Source of the DNA: Adineta vaga
Taxonomy: Eukaryota; Animalia; Rotifera
Length of the DNA stretch: 64,000 nt
Direction: 5' to 3'
Assembly: GCA_021613535.1 (NCBI GenBank)
Contig: CP075493.1
Coordinates: forward strand, 16,120,001 to 16,184,000
Shown: in pieces, positions 51,030 through 62,710 of the stretch
Numbering within the stretch: position 1 is the first letter of the stretch
How the letters are laid out: each line of letters opens with the position of its first letter
Program-made: the position numbers and the translations under genes
The notes under the pieces: model-generated
What the model was told of the DNA's origin: nothing
What the model saw: the letters and a program-made list of their open reading frames with translations, nothing else
Databases searched by the model: none

Positions 51030-52345
51030 TTCATATCATAATACAAATGCATCGCTTTTCGTGAGGCTCGAGATAGGGGTGCAACATTCATTAATCGCTA
51101 GTGGATTGCAGAAAAAATTCATCGTAGTACACGATTTGTCACAGAGTGCTGGGAGAGATTTTATGATGATTACTTCGCTGATTATTCCGAATGTGGTCGA
51201 AAACTGAAATTATCAGATGCCGGTCAAAATCTCATTCTCAGTGCAACTAGTAAGCAAAAAAGAAGTTCTTATGCTTTGATCAAAGAGATTGCAGCAAAAT
51301 ACAAAGAGTATGTTACACGAAAAACAATCGATAATTGCCGTCATAGGAGTGGGTTGAAACCATTTCATGTTATTCCAAAACCCTTAAAAACAGAGACCTA
51401 TATTTCGAACCGTTTGTGGTTTTATGATTGGCTAAGAGACTGGACTCAAGAGAATTTTCTTCACCTTGCACTCTCCGATAAATTCTATGTCTGGACTATT
51501 CGCAGGCCATGAATTATCAAAATGATAGTGTGGGGAAGAAGTATTAAAGATATTGAAGATGATGAAAAGTATCGCGAGATGGTAAAAAATCAATTATGTA
51601 TCGGAATTTTTATCATTTTCACGGCAAAAAAGCTGCACTGGGTAATGAAAGTGAAGGGTGAATCTTGGACTGGTCAATATTTCCGTGACGTTGTTCTGAT
51701 GCAGTATGTGTTTCCATTTCTACAGGATGAAGAAAATGTGATCAATCCTGATCAAGTGATTTGCCCATGACAAAGCGCCATGTATCCGTGCAAATATGAC
51801 TCGACATTTGCTTAAAGTGAATGATATAATTTTTTGGCGTAATGACACACGGCCTGGCAATTCACCTGATCTAAATGTCGCTGAACACATTGGAACAATA
51901 ATTAAAGATGAAGTTGCGCGAAAAATATTATCGGAAACTGTGCGGAATCGTTACAAGCAAGAGATATTAGAAAAGTATCTCATAGATGTTCTGACTAACA
52001 TGGAATCAAATGTGGAACTATCTGAAACTCTTTTATGTTCGTATCCGCCCCGTCTTCGGGTAGTGAAGATTCACTAATCAGTTTTGAAAAATAAATCCTT
52101 TTGATGTTATCGATCGCTTCCAATAAGATGCACTTTGAATTGCTTCAAGCACTAAACTTTCTCATAGTGAAATAGCTGGAAATTCTAAAGATAAATTATG
52201 TTTATTATAAAAGAGTTTTCAGAATCCTCACAATTTAGCATCAGAATATCCCATTTTTCCGCGCTTTCATTTGGTATAAAATTCATTGTGGTTACCATTT
52301 GTTACGGTAGAGTTACTTCCCTGGAAAACATTTTTACGCACCCTG
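51030..52345 (+). pseudogene. Degenerate IS630-Tc1-mariner transposase, DD37E
   Basis: LSDKFY and HDKAP..SPDLNVAE (37 residues between D and E); stops and frameshifts; probable right end ..ACGCACCCTG. Confidence 0.8.
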
Positions 52346-52585
52346 CACAACAGAGCGCATTGAGAACACTTTGCATGTGTTTATATCCATTACCGTTACA
52401 GACGTCACTTTGCACAGTGCTGTACACGAATGAATGATTATTGCCATATTTTTTTTTCTTCCGCTCTTGCTATATTAGACATACGTTTTTGACCTAATGT
52501 GGAAATATGTACTGTAATTTAAAATGAATGAAATATATTGAAAACAAATTGCCTTTCTGATTTGTGTATCTGTCACACAACACAA

Positions 52586-53116
52586 ATGAAAACAACTGAA
52601 TATAACGACTCAATCAACAGTATGGATCTGCCATCTTCGGAAAAGGGAAAACAACTGTCTGGTCGTTTAATACGAATTTCTCGTGATCGAAACTATCCAT
52701 TAAATGATATAGAAAACGTTTTATTACCATTATTTCAACCAGCTCATACAGAAGAAACTTTACGTGTAACTATTGATAGTGCCACTCATATTTGGTGTGC
52801 ATATGAAAATGATCAATGTCTTGGCTGTGCATTGGCTAGTGACATTGGTTCACATCGTGGATTGTATGTGATTTTATTTGGTGTCTCTGAATCCGCACAA
52901 GGTTTTGGAATTGGAACACGTATATTAAAAAAAATGATCAAATGGTGTCGAAAGCGTCAGCGTCCATTTATTTTTCTTTTGACAGAATCTTACAATGAAC
53001 GAGCCCTTCGATTGTATCGAAAGACTGGTTTTCAAAAACATTCTCCTTCATCTATATATGATGAGTCTTTACCCGATTACGGAGATGGTGTCATTCCATT
53101 AATACTATTGATATAA
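52586..53116 (+). CDS. GNAT-family N-acetyltransferase
   Basis: Motif A (VSESAQGFGIG) and motif B (NERALRLYRKTGF); intronless; AATAAA at the stop. Confidence 0.88.
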   Translation: MKTTEYNDSINSMDLPSSEKGKQLSGRLIRISRDRNYPLNDIENVLLPLFQPAHTEETLRVTIDSATHIWCAYENDQCLGCALASDIGSHRGLYVILFGVSESAQGFGIGTRILKKMIKWCRKRQRPFIFLLTESYNERALRLYRKTGFQKHSPSSIYDESLPDYGDGVIPLILLI

Positions 53117-53855
53117 ATAAATAGCATTCGTCGCACATGACTCGCCTTACCCTCGACTGAATATAATGTAAATGACGGCCATGGCTTTCAGCTATGAGTA
53201 AAAAAATCTGTAAACCATTCGTATATAATCCACATCTTTGAGTCATATGCATGTTACTGGAGTTTTATAGCCTCCTGGTGTATGCTCGTATGGGTGTGTG
53301 TTGTGTTTTATATATCATCATCGAACAAACTATATTGGAGATCTCACATCGGTCAGTTTCAAAAGTGTTGTCAAGAAAATTATTAGTGTGAAATAAAAAA
53401 TATATTCACGTGCTTTATGCTTGAATTTCCAGCCGTATTATTGGAACCATATAAGGATTTACGTAACCGAAACATTATATAATTTTCCATGAAACTAATG
53501 AATACTTACCGAAGCTGCTAGCCGATCCGAGCATGCACTACTATTTCTACCGATATATATGTACACGTATTCTATGAAGAACTTCATCTTTTTCTTCGCA
53601 AAAGAATTGTTGACCTTTAAACAAAGATCCAAATAGGCCTAGTTTTTATGGGCCTGGCCTGCCTAAAACCCACGAAAAAATATTTAATGCAATACCCCTG
53701 ACAGACATGGTTTTTTTCATAATGGTTTCGGTTATGTCTTGAAAGATCGCGGTGTGCAAAATAAAACGCAGTTGACCTCGGTGTTTTGTACCGCACCACC
53801 GATTTAGAGCGGTACATTCGAACGAAACCACGATGTTCACACTGTTAGATATCGC

Positions 53856-53907
53856 GGGTGGGTGTAAGTCAGACTATACTCTTAACCCACACCCACACCC
53901 ACACCCT
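53856..53907. repeat. Head-to-head telomeric-repeat hairpin
   Basis: GGGTGGGTGT AAGTCAGACTATACTCTTA (ACCCAC)n; same spacer as 32257-32275. Confidence 0.85.
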
Positions 53908-53917
53908 ATTCAATTTA

Positions 53918-55044
53918 CCATGAATTTCTTCAGATGTTACATCTGCTTCACGATATGAATAAGCAACAATTCGACAATCGGTAAATACATTTTCATCATA
54001 TTTCATTTTTATCCGATAATCACTTCCTGTTTTTTTCATTACTTCTATTGTTTCACATCCTTTAAAATTACCGGCTGCTAGTAAATTTTCATTTGCAGCT
54101 TCCACACGTTCACGAAAAACTGCTAAAGGTCCAATTTCATTTACTCGCTCTCCTAAATGAAAATTTTCATAAAGATATGACTTTAAAAAACACTCGGATT
54201 TCTTACCGACACGTAACCGCTCATCTCCCCGTAATTGATTAGTCATTATTTCTGTTTCAGGATTATGTTTTTCAATTCCTGATATTTCCATCAAAAATAA
54301 TGCTGCTGTGAAGATATCTGGTTTATTTTCAAGAGTAATAAAATATGATCTGGTACATTCACTGCCCGTGCACTCAGCACGACACCAGAATGGTTTACCA
54401 TTTTTTTTTCTTTCACCTTGTGGTGTATGTGGTTTTCCAAATTTACTTCCACATTTAATTCCACATGACTCCATTTTGTCACGGAATATTTTAGTCCAAC
54501 CAGGATTCATTTTTTTCCGTGAGTGACTAAATGCTGTTTTCCATTCAGTTGGAGTTAAAACAAATGTAACTTTTTCAACTGGTGCATTATTCGGATCATT
54601 TTCATGTTTTTGTTGCACTTTATTACGACGTGTTTTTGGTCGTTCTCGTATTGGTATTGATGTATCAGGAAGTAAGTATGACTTTTTATCATTCGAAAGA
54701 GACATATCATCCGTCTCATTCATGTCACAATCATTATCATTATTGATATTATTATTGATATTTTTTTGCATTTGTTTTTTCACACGTAGACGAATATGAT
54801 AACGATTTTTATACCATATATTGTATAAAGAACGACGATTTTTTTCAATATGATCAATATTCAAGTTTCTAATAACTTTTGCCCAAAGAGATGTTTGTGA
54901 TTTTGTTTTAACAGTTAGTCGCCATGTTTCCTTTTCCAACTGATCAATGTCGGTTCCAAGAGAAGCAATTGCAGCAATCAATTGTTCAGGAGAAATTAAC
55001 GACCAGATATTAGTTACGGTTTTCTTTGGCTTTGATTTTGCCAT
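53918..55044 (-). pseudogene. N-terminal part of a probable MULE-like transposase, 3'-truncated
   Basis: Basic protein with C-x4-C..H (AECTGSEC..EKH), a WRKY/GCM-like pattern; putative intron about 54154-54207; breaks off at a splice donor; catalytic domain absent, so the family call is tentative. Confidence 0.45.
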
Positions 55045-57225
55045 AGTTTAGATACAAAGAATACAATGAGAAAGAGTCCAAAATACTTTGTCAATGAAAA
55101 GAGACTTTTCACATAAATTGAATTTGAAATGATATGATTTTCGTATTGCTAAATTTTATTTGAAATTCAAACAAATATTTTATATTCCTCGTTTTATCAA
55201 TATAAAAAAACATAAATTGATTAACAAAAAAAGACATTATCAAGACAGAACACTTGATGGTCAAGCAAAATACACATTCAAAATGTTATCCTTTGATCTG
55301 TTATCACTCAACAAACACGATGCGTACAATCAATCGAGATCGTGAATGACTATAAGTATCAACACCTCTTGAAAATAAAAAAAAAGAACAAACACCACCT
55401 TCCTTATCTATACAATACATTCGTGAGGTTAAACTCGATTATTGAGTGTTCCCATATCTATTCAACAAATAAAAGAACCTACTCCTCATAGAATGAAGTG
55501 AGCAAACACACAGTATCAAGATATAAAGCACATAAGACAAATTACGAACATTGTCACAAAAAAAGTCAATAACATACACCTATCAGTAGTCGAAAGCAAA
55601 CCTTTTAATTTATTTTGACATTCAATCAATTGTGTCAGCTTTTGCCAAAAACATCACTCACTAGAAATGGATAATAAATGGGATGTACATCCAATTGAAC
55701 ATCCTTGGTAATTTTCGCTATCTTTTATCTAAAAAATAAATGATCAAACTCCTAAATCATTTTATAAAAATCGCTAAACTTTCAATAAATCGTTATTATA
55801 ATGGAAAACATTTCCTTCTTGTCATTTTTAGCGTCCATTTTTCACACTACTTATAATTATTTATGATATCATACAATATAAGAAACTCTTTATACTATCA
55901 ATCTGCACATTTCTTTTGGAGATTTGTAGCGATTTGAATATAAATCTTTTCTAATATTTATTTCTATTCTTCGTTATCCAATTCGACATTGAAAACAAAC
56001 AGGCTAGCGATCCATCATATATTTTAACTAAATTCAATTTTTCATTCTAATCAATTTTTCTCACGATAAAAACTTTAATCTTCAAGCTCATAAATTCCAT
56101 TCTTATTTTAAATAATTCTTTCATTTTTCCACATTGATCATTAATGATCAGTATTTATTATTTATAGAATTAAATTAAAAAGAAATTTTAAATAAAATTC
56201 CTTTTTTTCAAAAAAAATTCATAAAATTTAATTTTTTTCTGACCATAAAGATCAATTTATATGATTTTGAGAATTAATTTTAAATAAAACAATTTCTCAA
56301 AAAATTTATTCATTTTTATTTATATTTTCGTTAAAAGAATTTTTTCACTAAAAAAGTATTTTATCGATTAATTCTGTTAATTTTTTGTTCAACATTGTCA
56401 AATTTCTATCAAAACAACGACTATTAACATTTTTTCCATCATGGGATGAAATGAATCAACCAATAGAACTTTTCTATCCAATCACATGCATTCTATTGAA
56501 CTGGCAGACAACGCCGTCTATTTTAAAATTCATTTAAATAAAAATAATTTTAGGTCAAACATTCCGTCCAATTCATAATTATTTTATTTTAATCGTTAAT
56601 ATTCATAAAATAAATAATTTTTAAAAATATAACAACGAAAAAAGTTTTAGTTGTGATTTATGACATGTTACAAGAGAAAAATATCCCATTGGTTGAAAGA
56701 AAGTAACGAATGAAATTTTTTTGTTAGTGCAGTTATGATGTGTTGATTGATAATTAACAGATTTCTCGGCTATAAAGAGCTCAAAATTGAAAAATAAGAT
56801 GTGAAATCGATAGAGCTCGTCGAGCTGCATCTGGTTCCACCAAAAACAGAGTTTGTTCTAGTCGAAAGACGAATCCGATCAGGTTTTTCTCGTTTTTTGG
56901 ACATTTTTTCGCTGTTTTTCGTGTTTTCGGGAGGTAAGGGGGGTATTTTTGGAATTTATTTTTTTGGAATCGATAGAGCTCGTTGAGATGCATCTGGTTC
57001 CACCGAAATGAGCATTGGTTCCAGTCCATAGGCGAATCGGCCCTGGAAAAACTCGAATCGGGCGCTAAGATATCCTACGTATTTTTTATTGATCATTTAA
57101 ATGCACGCCAAAAAATAAATCGTTTTTTTTCCGGTAGGAACTTTAGATTAAGGGAGGTATTGTCTGATCTTGTCGTTCTTCATTTTATAATGGTGTTTGT
57201 ATATCTTCATCATTATTATTTGTGC

Positions 57226-57760
57226 TATTCTCTTTGCACTTTGTTCTAATACACGGCATTTTAGTTAATATGATTGTACTGAATAAAAAGAGAAATAATC
57301 CAATAAATAAATATTTAATTGCTTGTTTTGTATTTGGTTTTATCCATTCCCAAACATCATTGGATTTTCTAGAACGATTAGGAGGAAGACCATAACATTT
57401 ATAGATTTGATTTTTCTAAATATAATCATTTAATTAGTTTAAAAAAAAATAAAATAAAATTCCTACCTGATATTTTTCCATTTCCTTCCGAGCAGTTGAT
57501 TCGAAAAGCGTAGTTAAAGTTTGCTCGATTGTGGTTTTTTTTGGTTTATTTGCATCCGTAACTGTAACACTCCAAATTCCAGTAAAATAATTTCTATGTT
57601 TTCGTAATTCATGTGAATTAACTTGGCAATTATAAATAGTATATTCTTGCGATTTGATATGTTCATCCCAAGCACGATAAAAGAACAATGCAGACAAAAA
57701 ATACGTAAATAACGAGATGAACCCGAAACAATATATAGTCGATGATTTATATGTTCTCAT
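57226..57760 (-). CDS. Small two-TM membrane protein with Cys-containing loop (2 exons)
   Basis: N-terminal TM; intron after KYQ|GTAGG; second exon KNQIYKCY..W..TM. Confidence 0.5.
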
Positions 57761-58567
57761 ACTGAATTTTTAAAATATTCTGATCGTAGAAAAAAAAATT
57801 AGTGTAATTACATAGTAATACACCTTTTGTTTTTATACATACGTCTATTCAACCCTGAAATGGTTTTTTTAATCAGAGTATACAATCAGAAAAGTAAAGA
57901 AATAATCGACACATGTAAGTATAAAAACATGCACATTGTATGATAGATAAAACGATCATTTTTTATGAGAAAAAAAAGGTAAATTATAATGTTTCGAAGC
58001 CTTTCTATTTCGCCGAATCGGAACATAAGCGTATATTTCTTTCTTTTTTTTGTTTCTCTATTCGTACAAAAACTAAAATCATTCGCCAATGTATTTCATT
58101 TCATTTCTGATATGTAAGTGAAGGTAAAATATCAATATGAATACATGGATGACCGTTATTTTATAGTCTTATAAACAACATTTTTATTATAATAAAATTT
58201 TTTTTGTATATTTCCTGTATTTTTTTGGACAAACAGAACATAGTTGAATAAATTACATTTCTATTAAGAAACAGAAAATAATCATGTTTATTTAATTGTT
58301 CTATTCACAAAACTATCACATTCTGATTCAATAAAATAATGAAAGATACAATCAATCGATTTTAATATCTAAGATTTTTTCTAAAACTTTTTCATTTAGA
58401 TCATTTGTTGACAGATTCAAATCATTATAAAAAGTAAAAAGAAAAATCTAATTTTCTTTGAAAGTGTTGTTATTGTCATGCATAAATATAAAGAGAAAAA
58501 GAAACTATTTTCATAATATATTATTTCAAGTAAAAGTCATTCTTTTCAACGATATTTTCTATAGTTA

Positions 58568-59025
58568 TGTATAAAAGATAAATTTATCTTCTCTTTATTT
58601 TTGTTTTTATTGGACAAATATTTGCATATGATATGAGATCGATTGAAATGAGTTTATTTTCTAATAAACAATTTCAATGTGGAAATACAAGTTGTTCAAC
58701 ATTTGTTACTACAACTGAACGAAATGTTCGTCGATGTCAAATCCCCTGTTTATCTAATGGTTTATGTGAAGGAGCTAGTTTTCATCAATCAACATCAATT
58801 TGTTAATTATTTTCATATTTACCAAATTCAAATATAAATATGTTAACTAATTCATACATTTATTCAATGAAAGTCGAAAGTGAATCACGACAACCGTCAG
58901 GTTAGTAGAAATATTAATATACGTAGTAGTGAGTTTGTAATATACTATTCTATTCTTATTAGGATTCTTCTTAGTTGTTTTCATATTTAGAGTGGATAAC
59001 TGTTACAAGTATGAATGATGCACGC
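58568..59025 (+). pseudogene. Secreted PAN/Apple-domain protein (possible Kelch start), with stops
   Basis: Signal-like segment; CQIPCLSNGLCEGASF..SIC*L; after an intron WITVTSMNDAR; then truncated. Confidence 0.55.
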
Positions 59026-59108
59026 ATGAGTTGCCTAATTATAATTATAATATAAATGCACCTTCCACAGTTATATATGACTTATAGAATAAATAACTAT
59101 TAATATAT

Positions 59109-59298
59109 GGAATAGATTTAGATTTAGATATAGTTATACATATACATAGGTACCCATGTTAGTTGCAGGAATAGATTTAGATTTAGATATAGTTATATAT
59201 ATACATAGGTACCCATGTTAGTTGTAGGAATAGATTTAGATTTAGATATAGTTATATATATACATAGGTACCTATGGTATGGACAGATTTAGATTTAG
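59109..59298. repeat. 59-bp tandem repeat, about 3.3 copies
   Basis: AATAGATTTAGATTTAGATATAGTTATA.. recurs at 59111, 59170 and 59229. Confidence 0.9.
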
Positions 59299-60808
59299 TT
59301 TTTGCAAAAGTATCCATTTTAATTTGTACATTTAAGTCTATAAATTGACATAGAAATGAATCTGTCATTTTTCTCAAAAGGTAGGGTTACTGTCCTATGT
59401 TTGCTGAATAACATTTGTTTTTCTGTTTATGTGACTTGCGAAAATGGTTACAGAAAGAAGAAGATGAATTAAGTTGAATTTCCTAGAATGGTGTGTTAAC
59501 TTCCAATCGAAATTTTAAGGAGAAACGACTTCGTGTCGAGCTAGAAGTTTGAAAGTAGGGAAGTAGAAAACTAGGATGGAGTGTCCTGTAATCGAGTTAA
59601 AAGTTTTATAGGGAAAAATGTCGACAATTTTGAAATGGTTAAATGTTGCTGATGTTTGTTTTCGGATGTCAGTGGCATTTAATAATATATTTGTTATTTG
59701 TAATGCAGTCATGTCGAAAAGATCATTATTAATACTTTTTATGCAAGAAAAGAAGATTCTATTTTACTATGGATGAAGTATATCGAACAAAAAAGTTGAT
59801 GTTATTAGTTATATATGAAGTAGATCAAATTTGGAGTTTTCTTTTTTTTAAATGCTTAATAACTATCTAGTGTGGGAGTATATGCTGTGCATCGTATGGT
59901 GGCTGATTTGGTTTGGTATGAGGGCGACGTGCAAGACTGTTAGGGAATGCTAATAGGATGGATATTCATTCCGGAGAAGCATGTCGATTTGAGAAAACTA
60001 TAAGCGTTCAGTATGGTCATCACCGTATGTGTATTTGATTTGTACTTAAATTTATAAATTAGATTAATTTATTGTCGGTATCAAATAACTGCTTATTACT
60101 GCTTCAAGTTATTCTATTAGACAGAATGATTATGTTATTTATTGTTTAATATTGTGATCTATTTGAGTATACAAGTCAATCTGTGATTATGTATATATGT
60201 AAACGATGTGAAGAACGTTTGTCGGATTTTTTCCTGAGCAAAAATGTATATGTATATATACATATTTATGATTGTTCATATACAATCTAGTCGAATATAG
60301 GCAGGGGCAAAATAATAATTGCTACGTAATCATTAATATTAAGAATTATGAATTGTATTGAGTGTTGCTTAAATGTATAAAAATAAATAAGTTCAAAAAG
60401 ATGATCAGCTATTCATTCATTTTTATCGTTGTAGAATATAGAACGAAGTTTCCAAACTTTTCTTCTCATACAAAATTGTGACATACAACAATTGCTGCAA
60501 TTAATGACTCTGTTAGTCAAGTAATAATTCTGTTAGTTCTTCTTGTTCATACTTTTGTTTATTCAATATGCATTCGATGACACATATGCAAAAAATATCA
60601 TGTTTATAAAAACAAAGAGACATAATACAAACACGAATAAACAAAAAAAAACATGATATGAAAACACCATGGAAAATATTACTTCAAATTGTAAAACTTT
60701 TCCATGTTGTTGATTATTTGTTGTGTTGTCTGACTGATAGACAACTTGAACATTTGTGCGACATATTCATAAACTTTGGCGACAAAAACTGGGTGAGTAT
60801 CCCAAACA

Positions 60809-62710
60809 TTAGGACACTAAAGAGTTAATATCATGTTGCATATTTAAATAAATTTCAAAAGAAGATCTTACCTCAGCAATTGTGTAATGTGGTGCAACAC
60901 TTTCGATTAGTAAAGATTGTAATGGTGCACGTTCAATAGCTTTCTTTGCAGCCTCATTCACGCAAATATTCAAATTGCATCCAAAAAATATACAGCTGAA
61001 TTTACATTTCACCATATTCATTTCTTCACCACCATATGCAAATTGACGCCAGCATATTCGATAGTCTTTTGGTAATTCCTTAAATGATCAAAACCAAAAA
61101 AGTCATGTGTTTTTTCTTTTCTCAAACTGATCTTACTTGACATAGAATTTCCATTGTTTTGATAAAACTATTACGTGAATGAATTACAACCGGAAGATTT
61201 TTTTCACGAGCTATAGACAATTGTTGAATAAAGGCATATATTTGTACATCATCAGATGGCCGTGATGAACTAAAAAAATATGAATTTCTTAGTAAAAATT
61301 TCATTCATTTTCAGTATATATTATCATACGTATAGAAATCTAAACCAATCTCGCCGATGGCAACCACTCGCTCGTGCTTTACGACTCTTCGAATATTTAA
61401 CTCCATTTGAAAAGAAAAATGGTGCGAAAATAAAGGATGCAAACCACATTGTCCATATACAACTGGATGATTTAAATATTTTGAATATGTATATATCCAT
61501 TTTTCTAAACATGAAAATTTCATGATAATATTAATCAGAAGTATAGGATTACCATTATCGAAATGTCTTGGAGCAAAATAACATTGTATGATATACTTCA
61601 TATCGATTCCCTGATCGTATAATTCAGAATTATGCTCGATGTAACACCAAATACTTTGATCCGGACATTTTAGTCTATTAATAACAAAGATTATCATATA
61701 AGAATTTATTAAAAATAAACGAACTTTTCAAACAAAACATCAAAGTAGCAGTGCGCATCGCACATATACAACGGATTACTTGGATGAAAATATTCATTTG
61801 ACAAAACATTTTTAATCATATTAATAATTTCTTGCTGTATTTTAAAACGAGATAAACAACGACGTTTGATAGTATTTTGTGTTTGATTTCTAAAAACAGG
61901 AACGTGGTCAACAATATCCATATAATTAAGATCAAGATCTTACTTATGAATAGGTTGATCTTTTTTTTCATACTCAATACCATCTTGTTCATCACGTTCA
62001 ATATCATATTGAGTTCGATCTCTAAAATAAAAAAAGAACGTGGTTGATAAAATCTATCGAATAAAGATCGACAACTTACTCAAGAATAGATGAATGTTCA
62101 TCGTGAGATACAATACCATCTTGTTCATCACGTTCAATATCATATTGTGTTCGATCTCTAAAAGAAAAAAAAGAACGTGGTTGATAAAATCTATCGAATA
62201 AAGATCGACAACTTACTCAAGAATAGATGAATGTTCATCGTGAGATACAATACCATCTTGTTCATCACGTTCAATATCATATTGTGTTCGATCTCTAAAA
62301 GAAAAAAAAGAACGTGGTTGATAAAATCTATCGAATAAAGATCGACAACTTACTCAAGAATAGATGAATGTTCATCGTGAGATACAATACCATCTTGTTC
62401 ATCACGTTCAATATCATATTGTGTTCGATCTCTAAAATAAAAAAAGAACGTGGTTAATAAAATCCATCTAATAATGTCCGACATCTCACTTATCAGTAGA
62501 TCGATCTTCATCTTCACATACAATATCCAATGGTTTTTCACTACCAACAGCAGTTTTTTTTGTATCTATAATATCAGTTTGTTCTTTACATTCATAGGCT
62601 GTTGTTGATTGATTTTTGTTAAAGCCAAAGTGTGTGAAAATTGGACGTGCTCGAACTAACTTTCCACGTGCACAATAGCTAATTGTTGTGACATCTAACA
62701 TTAACATCAA
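60809..62710 (-). CDS. TatD-like DNase with long N-terminal extension, multi-exon, degenerate active site
   Basis: DAHCYFD, GLHP, VAIGEIGLDF, LPVVIHSR and LLIESVAP in successive exons; 5' boundary uncertain. Confidence 0.7.
61890..62490 (-). repeat. 136-137 bp tandem repeat, each unit a 78-nt exon plus about 59-nt intron
   Basis: AACGTGG recurs at 61901, 62037, 62174, 62311 and 62447; each unit has GTAAG..polyT..AG. Confidence 0.9.

Noticed and set aside
56806-57004. Duplicated AATCGATAGAGCTCG..GCATCTGGTTCCACC
   Set aside because: Probably subterminal repeats of a MITE; boundaries could not be defined
59109-62490. 59-bp and 137-bp arrays as CRISPR
   Set aside because: Units are contiguous with no unique spacers; no cas genes; eukaryotic context
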